Shown: positions 1 to 14,632 of the stretch, piece by piece | How the letters are laid out: the number at the start of each line of letters is the position of its first letter | How positions within the stretch are numbered: the first letter of the stretch is position 1 | The notes under the pieces: model-generated | Told to the model about the DNA's origin: nothing | The model's input: the letters and a program-made list of their open reading frames with translations, nothing else | Database searches by the model: none | Position numbers and translations under genes: made by a program | Source: Fimbriosthenelais zetlandica | Lineage: Eukaryota | DNA: 64,000 nt | Reading direction: 5' to 3' | Assembly: GCA_977030845.1 (NCBI GenBank) | Contig: OZ365109.1 | Location: 53,010,001-53,074,000, forward strand

Positions 1-2926
1 CAGGCCTCTACTACTAAGGTCCATGGGGTTTCCATGGAAAATGCCCTCTGTTTCCCCTTACTCAGCACAAAAGAGCTACAATAGGTGGCACTAGATGCCT
101 ATAACCCCCCGGGGCACCAATTCAAATGTCGTCTACTAACCTCTGGGGGGCTATCCTGGCACCCGGCGAAAGATTTCCCGCGCTTTCTGCTGAAGCATGC
201 ATTAAAGGAGAATGGAAGGTGGTAGAACAGAGTCCCAACCTCCCTCCCGCCCTCTATCCATCCCATCCTTACCATCAACACGAGCAGAAACTTGCCCTCC
301 TGGCAGTGGAAGTGGTGCAAGGACGAAGCTTACTGCCTATTAAGCCATGGACATTTGTCAAATATGTCAGACCATCGTTGCCCATGTGTAAATTATGTAA
401 GCGGAAATGCACAAGATATACGTAAGATATGGTATTTAATAAGTGTGAAAACTTCTTGGGATTATTATCTCTAGAGTATTAAGTCATGGAATTTAAAATT
501 AATATGTCAAATGTATATCTGGTCATTCATTCAATGCAGTCCTAAAAGGATGCACTAAATTAAAAATCAAATAATAAATAAGAATGGATATTCACAGAAA
601 TTATATCTCAAGTCATCAGAAACCATTCTATCATGGATATTTTCCTAGCCTGCCATTTGTAGACTGATTGACCATCATGTAATGAGTTGAAATTTCATTT
701 TGCCCAGAGCGTGTGAGAAACATGTCATCAAACTAAATCATTTCAACTGCTGTCATCTTCAGTGTTTTATTGCATCAATCCATATCCGCTAATGCTCCAT
801 TCATTAGTGTTTTGTCAAACGGCCAAAGTCTTCCAATATGCAAATTTCCTATCTGTAATAACCATTGTTCCTGATCATAATTGGACCATCAAAAATGACG
901 AAAACACTGAGAGACAGAACAGGATGTTTTAGCGACTGACCATTAAAAGGAAATGACGACAAACAAAGGTTGCCTGACCGAGTTTCTCATTAACTTGACC
1001 TCCCCCTCTCATCTTGTGAAATTTGTCTTAATACCCCTGACGGATGAAGACGCATGACTAAGACATTCTGCCCGAGCCTTTCTTATTGATTGAAATTCCA
1101 GCTAAATTATACATAATCCCACTTGAGCCTCTTAGAAACATTTATGGGGATTGAGCATTTTTGGAGGAGAGTTCTCAGCAGTGATGGATGTGTTATTTGA
1201 AGCTGAATTGACTGCACTGTCACACTGCAACATCTAAAGCGCTTCATAAAACAAAATGAAACGACTTTTTCCCCTGTCTTTACATCATCTAAATGTCCCC
1301 GTGTATGGTTTTAAACGTCCGACTGTCGGACTTTAATAACTGGTCTATATCAGCGCAGGGCATGTTCATTAAAAATCTAGTTTATGTCAGTTGGTGACAA
1401 AGACAAATCGCTTATATTGATTCCAAAGCCAGTGGCTGACTCCCTCGTTTCCTCCTTCATCTACAGTATTCAATATATTAAAATATCACTACAAAATATG
1501 TGACCTTTTCAGTTAATACGTTTGGATATATATTTTTACACTTCTGCAGCATGATAATGTCAATGTACAGACAGAGTCAAAGGGTAGAATTATCCATTAT
1601 TTCACCTGCCTTATCTATTATAATGAGCACGAAGCGTTACATTGTACATCATGTAAATGACCTGTGCCAATCACAACCTCTCTGTCCATGTCTCTCACAC
1701 AACATTGTTGGTAATGAATTGCTGATAGGAACAGTCATAAAATCCAAATACTCATTAAGTATAAATTTATATTACCTTTGTTTGGAATGTATATAAGGAC
1801 TGTGGACACTTAGAGTCTAATTCACATATTTGGACATTTAGCAAAGTCTTGTTAGCCACCCGAAAAATCCAACCCAACTTGTCCCAATTTCGCAACCCAA
1901 TCTCAGGAAGCAATCAGAAATGTCACTCTTGCTCAAGCCTCAAATCCGGAGCCTTGCGTCGATTCACACATAAGTTATTGATGGCAAGAATTCACAAATG
2001 TAATCACAATTCATCCTGACAATTTGCTACCGTCACCGCTTGTCATTCCCGGAGGGCGACGTAATGCACGACCAGACGCCCAACTTGTCTATACAGACGC
2101 ACATACTTGCATGAATCTATTCACTGAGGGGTCTGAGGGGAAGAGCTCCGGCACGTCACTTCCAATTGACGGGCATAATTTCAGGGTCTCTGGTGGCCGA
2201 ATCTCGTAGAGAAATGAAGACAACTGTGTCAGATTGAATTATAAATGAAGGCTATTATTGCCTTCACACTTTTCTCGCCAAAACACGAAGTGTAACATTC
2301 ACCCACGGTGATAGTGTGACACTAAAGATAGGAGACTCTATTCAGATAAGGATATATAATTCCCAAATATATTTTCCTACATTCATGAAGCTAATACATG
2401 TATCTTCATGACTAAATGAAAATATTTTTTCTACAAGCCTAAATATGAATGTATACATTCGCCCTATGATAACCTTGTATCATAATATTTGGCCATTCAC
2501 ATATTTTATATACATGTAGGCCTACTTATACATACCCTTGACTATCATTGGCAACTATCATCCCAATGGTATCTATTGTTCATGGGCAGAAGCCATTTTT
2601 CTCAATAATTTGCTTCATTCCTCGGTTGTCAATGTAAAGCTGAATATATTTTATCTAACCGAAGCTTCACTTGTGCTATAGGCAGAGTCACAATTGGGCC
2701 CTTTATCATAAATCCGCTGATCTTTATTCAGAGGACATCCATTATACATTTCGGGCTTCGAGAAGCCAATTTTGGCCATTCCCTGAAGGCCAATGGCCCA
2801 GATGTTGGAGCGCCCAAGCAGAAAGCTCGCTTACCCCTTAGAACAATGACACTAGTTGAATGCCCCCCTTGAGAATAGTTCATCAGCCATTCAGTAATTT
2901 TTCTAGAAGATATGGAGTTCTGAAAA

Positions 2927-3099
2927 NNNNNNNNNNNNNNNNNNNNNNNNNNNNNNNNNNNNNNNNNNNNNNNNNNNNNNNNNNNNNNNNNNNNNNNNNN
3001 NNNNNNNNNNNNNNNNNNNNNNNNNNNNNNNNNNNNNNNNNNNNNNNNNNNNNNNNNNNNNNNNNNNNNNNNNNNNNNNNNNNNNNNNNNNNNNNNNNN
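2927..3099. other. Assembly gap (173 N)
   Basis: Run of N from 2927 to 3099. ORF-track entries crossing it are artefacts. Confidence 0.99.
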
Positions 3100-6000
3100 C
3101 TCATCCCATTCTTCTTTTCTTTTTCGTTGTTTCCCTCTGTTTTCCCTCTGTTGTCTCCCCCTGCTTCTCTCACACTCCTCGCTCCCAGCTTCCAATGCAT
3201 GCAAATCACACCAAGTGCCCAGGGGATTATCTTTCATATAATCATAACTATGAATGCTATGGATGTAAAAATGCTCGCCTATAAAAAGCCTAGCCCCATT
3301 TCTTGTATCAATCCCTGCGGGGAGACACTATGGGAATGTCCTTTGTCGCCTGCAGTGCTGATTTGTAGTGGCAGCAGATTGTCGCCATGGTGAGGAAATC
3401 GTCATAATCTCTATCGCCTTTAATGGCAACTAATTAGCATCGCTGATTGAGTGCAGATCAGTTGTTCGCCTAGGGCAGACATTGCGCTAGAAATAATGTG
3501 CGATACCATGCCATTCAGTGTACATTTAATACTACAGTCTACCTTCATAATACGTTTTGGCTACATTAACAGTAACACTCATGTCCAAAAGTATACCAAT
3601 GGAAGAATTACATATTTGGCTATTATTGTTGGAATTATTTTCGAAAAATACATTCATTCTGGCAATTCTATGACACATTTCCAACCATCGGATTATATTC
3701 GCAGGAAACAGGAAATAAGGTATAACGTATTGACATTCTGCATCAACATCGTTCACAAATTACACTGCCTTTCTGAGGATTTCTGACAATTGCTCCTGAA
3801 CGTCCTCAGTTATGACCTTACCCTGTCCTCATTTCAGTTGAGTACAGGCCAGACTGAGGTCGCCTCTTGCACCCGTTTGCCCCTTCTTGTTGAGCTTATC
3901 ATTCCAGCCCCATATACACCATTATAAGAGCTGACCTTAGCTAGGCCTCCCTCCCTCAACTTGATGCTCCCACTGATGACTGAAATGACAGGCAGTAGAG
4001 ACATGGATTGATAACTTTGTGTTATCTGTGTTGGTTCAGGTTGGTCGTGGCGGAGGGTTGAGGTTGGAAAAGGGGACAGCCTGGAGACAAGGAGCCTGCC
4101 GTTCCTTCAACTGCACGCTCTCCACCTGGAAAAGGTCGAATGGCATCAATATCTCTTCACCATGATCAATGAGACTCCACATTGAAGTAAGAGACAGATG
4201 ACAATAACCTGCACGACCCCTTCTACTGGTGCACTTATTATTGATGCTAACGTCACTTTACTTTAATGTCAAAAACATCTCTATAAAAGAAATCTCTCAT
4301 AGTGCGAGTACATTACTCTGTTGTCAAAAACGCACTGACTACAGACAATCTACACCATAATTATACCAGATAAATCTCATAATATTTCTGTACGTACATT
4401 GCTTATTACACATAATTTTCTTACAGATCTTTTATTTGGAATTTGAAATATTTTTGGGGGAATTTCAAACAATTTACATAATTGTAATGTATATATTATA
4501 TATATGCATAAATGCGCATGGACATATTTTCCCTATGGATGTATATTGTTTCAATTCCAAATAAAAAAGTGAATGATCAAGATCTAGTAGCTTGTTCTGG
4601 TAATTTCGATGAACATCTCTCTCCAGGTCATAATTAAGAATGGAGGAAGCTTGGCCCTAAAAAATCCTTTGGACTGTTAAGAAGTTTCTGCCAGTCTCTC
4701 CCACTTTTATTCATTTATTCAGGTCAACCTCATCCTGATGACCTAAATGATTGCTTCCTTGCCAAATTGCGATCTGTGGTAACTCTTTAATTGGAGATGA
4801 CTGAGTACTTCTCGGTGGGCATCTCTGGAAGAAAACTAATCATCTGATAGGTGTTTGAAATAACGATTGCCTATCGTAGTTTTTGCCAATTCATTTATCT
4901 ACTTTTTCTTGCCTTTTCAGCATCTGTGTGTGGTGGTACTCATTCCCTTTCCTGACATCCCATTGTTGTTTCTATTAATATGTAATTCAACATATCCAGT
5001 ACATTTATCTTGTTGAAATATATATCTTTATTGGCGATATGATCTGAACCTTAATGGTTGGTATTAACTGAGGCAATTAGATGACCCCAATCGCTTCATT
5101 CAGTGTGATTCTCTTACCTTCATGTATGTGGCTGCTTTCCAAAGGGATTCAGTTCCCTGTAGCGAGGAGATAAGTCAGGAATCGCCAACTAAAAATAGCA
5201 GGTACCCTTGCCGCAGGGTATACCCCGTCCACCACCGCCTAGCCCACTATTCTCCTCACTTGCGGGTATACCTGCAGGTACCCCCAGGTGCCCCATATGG
5301 AGTTTTGTCAGACTTTTCGATAAAGACGATATAAAACGCCACTCATAATGCTGCAGGGTACCCGGTCCTACCCGCTACAACTTCTTTAACTGAATATTGA
5401 ACAGATTAGAAAAAAATACGATGACCCCACCCGGGGCTACCCGCTGTTTTATGAATAGGCCAAACACCAGGTATCTTAGAGGGTACAGTTGCAGGTATAC
5501 CCGCTGTTTTATGAAGAGCATAGCCTGCGGGTCAACTAACAGGTACTGGGGTAGGTCTTGTGACAGTCACAGGTAGGCCTATTACCCGGAGAAACTCAAA
5601 GTGATAAAAGCTAGGCCCTCATGGGGCCCTTTAAGTTTAAAGGCTTGATGAATGTGTAGACTTGATTATTGTATTATCTTCCCATTGGAAGGCTAAGTTG
5701 AAGGCTATTATGTTTTTTTCCTCAAATATTTAATAAACCTAAGAGGAAGGCTAAGTTAAGGCTAAGGTATCAAAATGATCCCAGGAGGAATAGTAATACA
5801 CCATAAATTATAGTCCTGAAATTTGTATTTTTCCCGGCCGTTTTTTTTTTACTAAATTTAAGTCCTAACAGTAGGGGGTAGTCTGAGGCCCACTTTAATT
5901 TGTGAAAAAACGATTCATGGATGTCATTTACCTTCATTTAAGACACTGTTTTTCACACTTAGATAGGGGGTGGGGGTCTTGCTTAAAAAAAACCTTCGAA

Positions 6001-6883
6001 CTTTTGAGATGTCCCCTAAATGATCACAACTTCTCTTTTTCTTATTCCTTAAAAACAAGCCCAATTTCAAAGGCCTACTATTAGGCCTACATGTTTATGA
6101 ATACACATGTACATTCATGCATTTTCCAAGTAGTTCTAGGTAATTTGCTTATATTTATAATTATCGAAAGTATATTATTATAAAATGTTTCAGTTTCTTC
6201 GGGCGGTAGTTTTGTCATGCTGAAAAATAATATCTATATAGTGAGGCTTCGAAATTGTATGCCTATGAGTTTATATTAATAATTAAGCCTGACACTGTAA
6301 GTCGGCGAATAAATTGTGAAATCATTATATAGGCCTATATGTAAAATTAAAACGGGCTATGAATTATAATATAATAAATATAAATCACAGAGAATAGTTA
6401 GGATAATGAACAAAGTGTGTCAATACCCCTGCAGGCTTTCCTGAGCGCGGAGGCACCGGGCCCTGACCAAGGTGGAAGGTACACCGTGGTGTAGTGGGTC
6501 GGGTAAAACCAAACACTATACAAAAAACATATATTTACAAAATCTTAACCAACGCTTCCCCCCCCCCTGCCAAAAAAGCGGATAACGAATTTACCTACAT
6601 CATACAGATTCTAGACAATTATATTTTCATACTTTAACTGACATGTACAGGGATACTATGAGAAACCTAATAAGACACTGACAATTGTGAAAATCTAGGG
6701 GTGGGGAAGGCTAGATGACTTGGATAAGCCAAATGACATTCAATATCAGAAGGCAAAATATTATAAAGCACAAATTTACCAGATATTGAAGAAGAAAGTT
6801 AAAAATAGGAAGTCAGAACTCCTTAAGTATTGCGAGAATCCTGCGAGAAACTATACAAAATTACAGCTTAATTAAAAACGAAA

Positions 6884-7012
6884 ACAAGTTAGGGTTAATT
6901 GAAGCGTAGTATACTCTAGTCTCCTTTACGCAAATCAAGTAGACATCAACACAACCGCCCGCCCGCCCGCCCACCGCCATTGATGTCCAGACTATTGCCT
7001 TTAAGGGCGACG
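6884..7012. repeat. Possible Helentron-associated (HINE-like) short element with (GCCC)n core
   Basis: ACAAG-type start, (CGCC)n microsatellite at about 6955-6972, weak terminal hairpin TTGCCT-TTAA-GGGCGA. Similar motifs (TAGTATACT...ACAACCGCC...ATTGA) recur at about 26970-27020. Confidence 0.3.
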
Positions 7013-8747
7013 CTTTGTTGTCTGAGTTGTCTCTGGCTTCATTTGAAATAGCACAGGCATTATTTCATGCCTTTATTAATTCTTAAGCTGATAATAATAC
7101 TTTCTTTGATCCATCATTAAAAAAAGGATAACAATTTATTTGGTAACCGTGAACTTTTAACCTGTTATTAGTCTTGTTGGCCTAATTGTGTTGCATTGAA
7201 CTAGAGCCGAAAATGTATTTTAAATGTTTATGATATCCTATAAATGCAGTTATTGAACTCAAAAAGTTATATTTTTAATAATCCCACATGATGCTATCCA
7301 GCAGAATGGCTAAATTTAAAATTATAATATTGGTTTATGGCAAGATTTTGTGGGGTTGGGAGAGAGGGGATAGGATAACAGCTGAGAGACGCCATTGGTT
7401 GCATGAGACCTAAGGGTCTGCATTGATTTAAAAAGATAGATTAAAAATATTAATTACTACAAGGACTTTTAAAAGCCAACTTTCGTATGTATGTACATTT
7501 ATACATTGCGCCTGCTTTCCTCCCGAACCCCTCGCCATTCAAAGGGTAGTTATAACAAAGCTTAAAGCCCCCAGAGCCAAGTGTCGGGATTACCACCAGC
7601 ATGACATGTTTTTGAAGGTGGATATAAAAGTGCGTAATCCATATTTAATAATCGTTGCATAAACACAGAATGGCAAAAAAATGATGTAACAGACACCTAT
7701 ATATGGCAATTATAATTACGGAGACAATGATACCAGACTGGAAAATTCCCAAAACTGAGACAAATTTGCCCCGTGTAAATTGAAGAGCAGATACCCAGGA
7801 GTCGCAGTGCAGTTTATTTCACGAGGAGAAAATCATGACATAACATGTACACTCATATTAAATTCTACACACTTATTAGTACATAATATTTAGGCATTAA
7901 TACATAATAATGGAGATATATGGTGGGATGTAATATGGAATCCTTGATTGTATATGGGACATGATAAAGCCTCATTTTATATATATGCAATGCATGATGT
8001 GCGACACTGCACTATTTTTGCCACGATTTGTTTCACCGAGAATTCCATCTTGTCGATGCAAAAGTGAGGGCTTGCATATCCACATGGGCATCAATTCCGT
8101 CTCAGAACTAGGTACCACCAATCTGTATCAAACAAACAAATAAGAGAAACAATTCTATAATAAGTAAAAATGTCTTGGCACAAATACTGCCGTCATAAAT
8201 TTCCATCATGAACTCATAATTATACATCGTTTTCTGTTGATGTCTTATAGTAGAGGACATAGATTTCATTACATTATAACCATATTCGTAGACAGTTAAT
8301 TCAGGAGCGTTTTATTTCACACCTATGAGTGGAGAAAGCTTGACCACTCTTTAGGCTACAGATTTAAAACAAAATGTTCGTTAGGGTTTAACAAGTGTGG
8401 TAGCGTGACATAATTCACATAAACACCCCGTTTTTACACCTACAATTGTAAATTCTCCCTTATAGAAGTGTGACTGAAAGTGTGATCAATAGATTGACAT
8501 TAATACCCTTAAAATACTCGCAAGAAAAACTTACAACTCTTGCTCCTGTGCCTTTAGCACCCACACACTTGCCCCACAGACATATTATGGCCTATGCTGA
8601 ACGATAGAGTGCCTTCTTTGTTTCCTATTTAACAAACCAAAACCGAATATTACAATTTGATAGTTAAAAAACAACGATAATTACATTGTATGAATCCATA
8701 TTTGATCGAGACTAAATCAAATTTCTTTCCATATAATTCAAAGCAAC

Positions 8748-8823
8748 ATTTCTCGGGCTATACTCCCCGGCGTCCACATGTAGGGATTTCTCGGGCTATA
8801 CTCCCCGGCGTCCCCATGTAGGG
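8748..8823. repeat. 38-bp tandem repeat x2
   Basis: ATTTCTCGGGCTATACTCCCCGGCGTCC(A/C)CATGTAGGG at 8748-8785 and 8786-8823, one mismatch. Confidence 0.95.
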
Positions 8824-11800
8824 CCTATAGGCGGATTTTCTAACACCTCTTACAAAAAGCTCATACAATTACATTAAATACAGGTTGTCATATCAACCAA
8901 TATAATATACTATTAAATATGTGTATTTACCTTATAAAACTTCTTGGACTTGTACTTGAGTTGACTTTTGGCGACGATTCTGACTGAAAATGTCTATACG
9001 TACTACATGTAGACGTGTTGTCTCTTTGCTTGCCGGTTTCCATGTGAGGTTTTAAATATGGCTGCTATCGCGCGGCTGGGGTCACTTCCGGTTCAAGGGG
9101 GTTAGTACCCATAAACTCTACTTTCGTACGTTGCTGTATCCAGCTTTCCCGCGCTGGATATTACAGTTAAAATATACTTAGAGAAATGTAATAAAATTAT
9201 AAATACACCCAGGGAAACCAATAATTTATTATGCTTGAGCTTAGGCCGAAGTCAAAGAAATGGACCTAAAATCATGATTAGACCAATCAAGTTTTTAATA
9301 TATTTAAAAATTTGTTATTAATTGTAAACCACTTGGGTTATCAAATAGCCTATATATGGGCCAAACTAAATTTTATATTCGGAAAAAGCCCACGGCATTT
9401 TGTTACAAAAAATATCACTGATGGTTATGTTCTCACAATATTATCCTAGCCTAAATATAGGTGTTTGCTATTGGAATGAGTAGCGTTATGCCTACTATCG
9501 TCCAATGGAAATAGGCTACCTATAGGCCTATCACATTTTTCTAATCCTGATAAAAAACCAGTTTACATGCATCAAATAGCTTAATAGTGGACTTATTGAG
9601 GATTTTAATCGTCAGTTCGGAAGTCATGGGGAACTTTTTAAAAATCTAACAGTAGATTTCGCTGGGAGATACCCTAGTAATTAGGCCTAACATTTTGTCC
9701 TTAACTCATTTTTTTTTTGCAAACTGTGAACAATTTTAACTTCATTCATTTTTTTTGCATTGGACGATAACCTAGGTCTACGTCGGGGATAGTTCATGCC
9801 AGAGTATATTTGTATGCCTATTATAGGCCTACCCGGCATGGCAATATTTTGATGACCAAAAATAAGTATAGGCCTATACGCATGGTGCAAAAGGAGTGAG
9901 GGGGAACATGATGTAACATTTGTCGATAGTAATATAGCCTACCTCCAGGCATGCCTGCAACCGTACCTGCTACTATACCTGCTAATTTCTCTTTACATCT
10001 TTATAGGGGTCTGGGGTATACCTGCCACTATACCCGCTACTGTACCCGCTGTTTTGGAAAGATGTAGGAAAAAAAACATCTGGGTGTGGACGGTCCTACC
10101 CGCTATTATTAAGTTATGAGAAAAATATGTGATTTGGGTTTTGCAGGTACCCTTTAGTGTACCCGGGGTATGGTATTGAAGATTTTGGATTTTTTTTCGT
10201 ATTTAATTAAAAATGTTAGACGTGGAAAACAGCGGGTAGCCTGGGGGTATGGACGGGGCTATGGACGGGGTTATGGACGCTAACCTAGAAATAGCGGGTA
10301 GGGGACGCTGTTTCTCCCGTGAATACTAGTTGGCGATTGTTGACTATACTGGTAGCGAGACAACTGCATTTCTTCAAGACGTTCCATTATTCATTTTATA
10401 GGTCTACGGCTGGAGGTGTTTGAAGTTATTTGCATTCCATCTATTATCAAATAGGGTCAATAATATGTTTCTAAATATTTTTTTCTGGTTGCATCCGAGT
10501 TGACATCTTAATTGGTTCACTGTAACTGGCTATTCCTCTGATTAAAATGTTCAATTACGAATGATTCAGGAAAAGTGTCGATTCACAAGGTCGTCACATG
10601 TCGGAAGTATTTTGAAGTTAAATTTTAATATAGAAACTCAGCGAGGACCTGTTAAAAGGGGATGGAAACATTAGACTCATATTCAATGAAGAAGACATGT
10701 TCAGAACGATGCTTTAATTAAGATCCTTTTTATTTCGTTCATAGTACATGTGTTAGGTATCGCTCCAACATAATTAAATCCATTTCGACTGGTCTGAATT
10801 TCATTTCCTTGAGACAGACGATTAATAACCCAGTTGAGGAAAAATAAACTTTAGGAATTAAAATTTTTGAGCCGAATTTATCTTTTTAGTGCGAATTCAC
10901 TTTTGGGTTTTGAGTGTGTTAACGTACGATACAAAGTGAATACAAAAGTATGTTGTTCTACGTTCCTTTGGGATGGTGCTTAAAGCATAAAGTCGATGAT
11001 ATTGCAGGTTATATATGAATATGATATGGCACTGTCACATATAGCACTGCAATTCAGAATTTGCTTTACCAAGGGTGAAATTCCCTCGCAAAGGCAATTG
11101 CCATTGAGATGAGAAAAAAGGAAGTTTCAATTTAAAGTTCTGAGAAGTTGAGATCACATAGGACTGTATGTGGGACTCATTCTCGTACTTGTGCGCATCC
11201 CATTTGGCCCCTATTCCTGTCGGACTGGGGTGAGAGGAATGGCTTCGGTAATACTCTCCTTTTAACTACTTCAAGAGAATTAACTCATCTGCCCATTTGG
11301 ATAGAGAAATTTGCTCATCCAGTGAATTCCAATCAGTCTACTTCATTGTCTGATTGTAATATTAAATCAGAAGGAAGCCATGTTTCAATTCCGAGAGCCT
11401 TCTTAGACCTCTTTCCGTTTTCAGACCGCAGACCACAGACGCTCTTCAAAGGGAATTAAAGCCTGGTGGATTTATGTGGCAGCTTCTCGTCCCTGCTCCT
11501 CATTCCACCCACTTTAAAACTCTTCTCTATTACCATGCTCCTGTCCCCTCAAATTTGTTGGTGTCATTCTCTGAAGCACTTTCACAATTGCCACTGAGCG
11601 GACCAGCAGGATTTCTTTTGAAGCAAAAATGTCATACTGTGTTATGACGATTTGTATTTTATAATTGCATACCATACTGCTCGTATTTGTATAGCTTGTT
11701 TCAGTGGACTAAAACAGTTTAAATGACAAAGATCTATTGTCTGAACTGCAATCAGTTTGGTGTGATGAACCAGATTTTGCCTTGGGAGTTGAAAACTGCC

Positions 11801-14357
11801 ATTTTTCTAGATTTAATGTGTCCTGATATTTCCTTTTGTAAATAACGACCTTGATTTTTAAATTCAGTGTTTTAGCTCTTTCCAACTGAGCCAGTATTTC
11901 AATAACACCCAGAATAATGTTACTATGCAATGACATTAGCCGTAGAATTTCTTACTGATTTCACTCACTCACTATATTTTATTATGTTACATAGCTTTGC
12001 TACTATCCATTGGTTTATCCACGTTCCGCTCAATAAAGTACGGTTATCAGTAGAATGAGCCCTTTCATCCTGATTGCACTATGCCTATTGATAATCCAAA
12101 ATCAAATTAGAAGCCCATCCAAATGATGTCTGCCAGTCTGTGAGGCTGATTCAAGACCTTGATTAGATTGAGTATGAATCATTGTCTTGGGATAATCTTA
12201 TATGCTTTTGATCTTCGTCTTTTATCTAGACAGGTTGCTAGAACTCTGGTAGGGACATAGCCTAGCTGTTATGTTCCCAACCTTGGAAAGACAAACTTGA
12301 GAACAGTGATATATCGGATATATAACAAATAGGAAATTAGTTCTGAAGTCATGAAAATAGTCACATATTGCGAGAAATAAGGAAAAGCTCAGTGTCGTTT
12401 TGGTGTTTTTTTGCTCTCGAACCCATCCCAGCACGATGCCCCCTCTGTCGGCCGAGCCTTGTAAGCAATTCACCACCTGATTGTCTGCTTTGTGGACTGC
12501 CTATATGAGCTGTGTATGGAAATGAAGCATAAATGAAAGCATCCCTTTGTGCTGCGGTGGTATATTTCATCTGCCATTCACTAGTGTTTGTTTTCTCAAT
12601 GGAATTACGTGACACTGTACACCACCGCCTTGTTTCATTGTCATTCGTTCTTGCTGCTGACAAAAATGAGCAAAGTCTCTATTCTCTCTCATACGGACGA
12701 TTCATCCATGTCTCTACATAAATATTGCACTATAGTAGTGATTGCCATCCGTGGCAAAATGGTACAAACGTATTTTTCATCTATTGCACTAAGGATGTGA
12801 GTTAATACCTAATGAAATAAAAATTGGATCTTTGAAAATCTTCCAAGGAATCTGAATATGGACAATCTTTTAGTTCAGTAATGTCAACGCCATCAAGCCG
12901 GCAAGAAAATCTTGAGGCAATATAGTTGGGGAATGCCTCATTAATTCCCTGTGACAATTAGTTTGATTTCGATGCCTCCAATCCCTCCATTCTCTCCCTC
13001 GAGGGACAGGCGCATTAGTATTATAACTCACGATGTGGTAGTGTGACATTTTTTCCCCACACTTCCTTCTTCCCACCAACCTTGCCTCCACTTCCCAGTC
13101 ATTCAGTGAACATGGAGGGAATAGCTCTCATTCATTGACATACCAGCTTTCATGAGCATGACAGGAATATGACCTAGATTTTGGCACTCCCTTCCTCAAA
13201 AAGGTCACTTCCCTTCGGGGTTCTTCGAAATGACTTCCGGCATTGAAAATTTGATACAAAGAATTGAATTGAGATGCAACATTGTATAGCTCGGTTATAT
13301 TGACTCGTTTAGAAGACTACGTTCCTAGTTACAAGTGTTTTATTGCAATAGAAACTTGCTTATGTTGCAATAACCTAATCTCTACCAATTTTCCCCCCTT
13401 TTGATTGTAGTTAGTGAACCCAAACTGGTACCAAAATATCTAGATACAAAGGATGAATGGTCAGAAAACGCCTATTACAGGATGGTCTGGTAATTCTTTA
13501 AATAAGCCAAGTCTAGGAGTCTGGATGATACAATAGTGTATACATAATTATAGGTCCAGTGGAAATAGGTGTCCTGAGAGAGGGAATGTAGCATGTGCCA
13601 AGATAAGCAAACTGTATGACTTCAGTGATAGTATTAAAGCCAATCGTTCTAGCGAGGGTGAGTGTCCTACACACTCGTCCTTTAACAAGATTATACCAAC
13701 AATCAATGGCAGATGGGATTTAAATTCCACACACTTAGTTGTTTTTATTTGTTTAAAAAAGAGATGTAATGACTTTTAAATCTATCGCAATTACACCGGC
13801 TTCCTATCGCGTTTCCTATTACTGCATGTGGCCTTATCACACCCCGGCTCCCCTTACTACTCCCTATTTTGTGCAGTGGTAATATACTTGAAGGCCGCTT
13901 GGTGCGCTACCTACCGGCGCGGAAATAGAACTATCACATTGGTCTGGGCCGCTGTGAAAGATCTGACAAGCACATTTCAACTGCCTAAGTATTGACTGAA
14001 TCCCAGGCTGGGCGAGCGCAATTATCCGACTTGTTCCGAACCTGTCCCGAGGACCCCCGAATGCATTTGAGGGGTTGTTGTGGATGCTGACAGAAAGATT
14101 GCACATGACGACTGACAAGAGGATGACATATTGCACGACGTGTAGACGTCATAGTCAGCTCAGTCCTGACAATGTTGTCCAAACCTTTTGTTGGGGGTGT
14201 ATATTTGGTGTCTCCCGAAGATGTCAGGGTGGTGATTCAGGTTGTAGCTTAGCAGTGGTCCCGCTTCCAAAATTCATAAAAAAAATTAGAAAATCGCAGC
14301 CACTCTTAGTTAAGCATCAGAACTGTAGGCCTACCCTGTGTCCATTTATGCCATATC

Positions 14358-14632
14358 CACGGTGCCGAATCGAATTAGGGTACCGGCGCGGTACCCTAAT
14401 CAAAGATGGCGGAAGGTAGGCTCGATTCAAAAAGTTGTTCGCGTATTTCTCTTGCATCTGTCGGTTCTATTAAAAGATTTCTTGCACGTGAACAGATGAT
14501 AATACCACACATAGACTAGGTGCATTTGATAGACATAGATCCGTCGTATTTTCTTGTAATTTGCTTCGCAAACTTACGCCCTGATTAGGGTACCGTTTTC
14601 CAAAACACAACAACATCCGATTCGGCACCGTG
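14358..14632. mobile_element. 275-bp non-autonomous Transib/RAG-like element (MITE)
   Basis: Perfect 15-bp TIR CACGGTGCCGAATCG (14358-14372; reverse complement 14618-14632). Exact 5-bp TSD ATATC (14353-14357, 14633-14637). Second inverted block CGGTACCCTAATCA (14389-14402; reverse complement 14582-14595). CAC termini with a 5-bp TSD are the Transib/RAG transposon signature. Confidence 0.8.

Larger units (their letters stand above)
5167..10351. mobile_element. Non-autonomous hAT-like DNA transposon (5185 bp)
   Basis: Exact 8-bp direct repeat GTAGCGAG at 5159-5166 and 10352-10359. Inside it are 25-bp imperfect TIRs: left GAGATAAGTCAGGAATCGCCAACTA, right read inward CAGTATAGTCAACAATCGCCAACTA (19/25). 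Many subterminal TACCCGCT motifs cluster at both ends. An 8-bp TSD, CAG terminus and subterminal repeats are typical of hAT. No intact transposase ORF seen. Confidence 0.75.

Noticed and set aside
2728-3393. Long ORFs (169, 177 and 108 aa) in the ORF track
   Set aside because: They run through the N gap and flanking low-complexity sequence, with no recognisable domain.
6484-6510. tRNA A-box-like CCGTGGTGTAGTGG, and a T-loop-like motif near 47410
   Set aside because: No matching B-box, cloverleaf or acceptor stem. At most SINE debris.
7960-8135. Possible BED zinc-finger exon within the hAT-like element
   Set aside because: Cys/His spacing does not fit, and the splice phase with the 8931-9043 segment gives no recognisable domain.
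11180-11460. Minus-strand ETWL motif suggesting a LINE endonuclease
   Set aside because: Spacing to the next expected motif is too long and the other motifs are absent.
13860-14340. Overlapping 65-114-aa ORFs as a retroelement fragment
   Set aside because: No reverse transcriptase, endonuclease or integrase motifs in the correct order could be identified.
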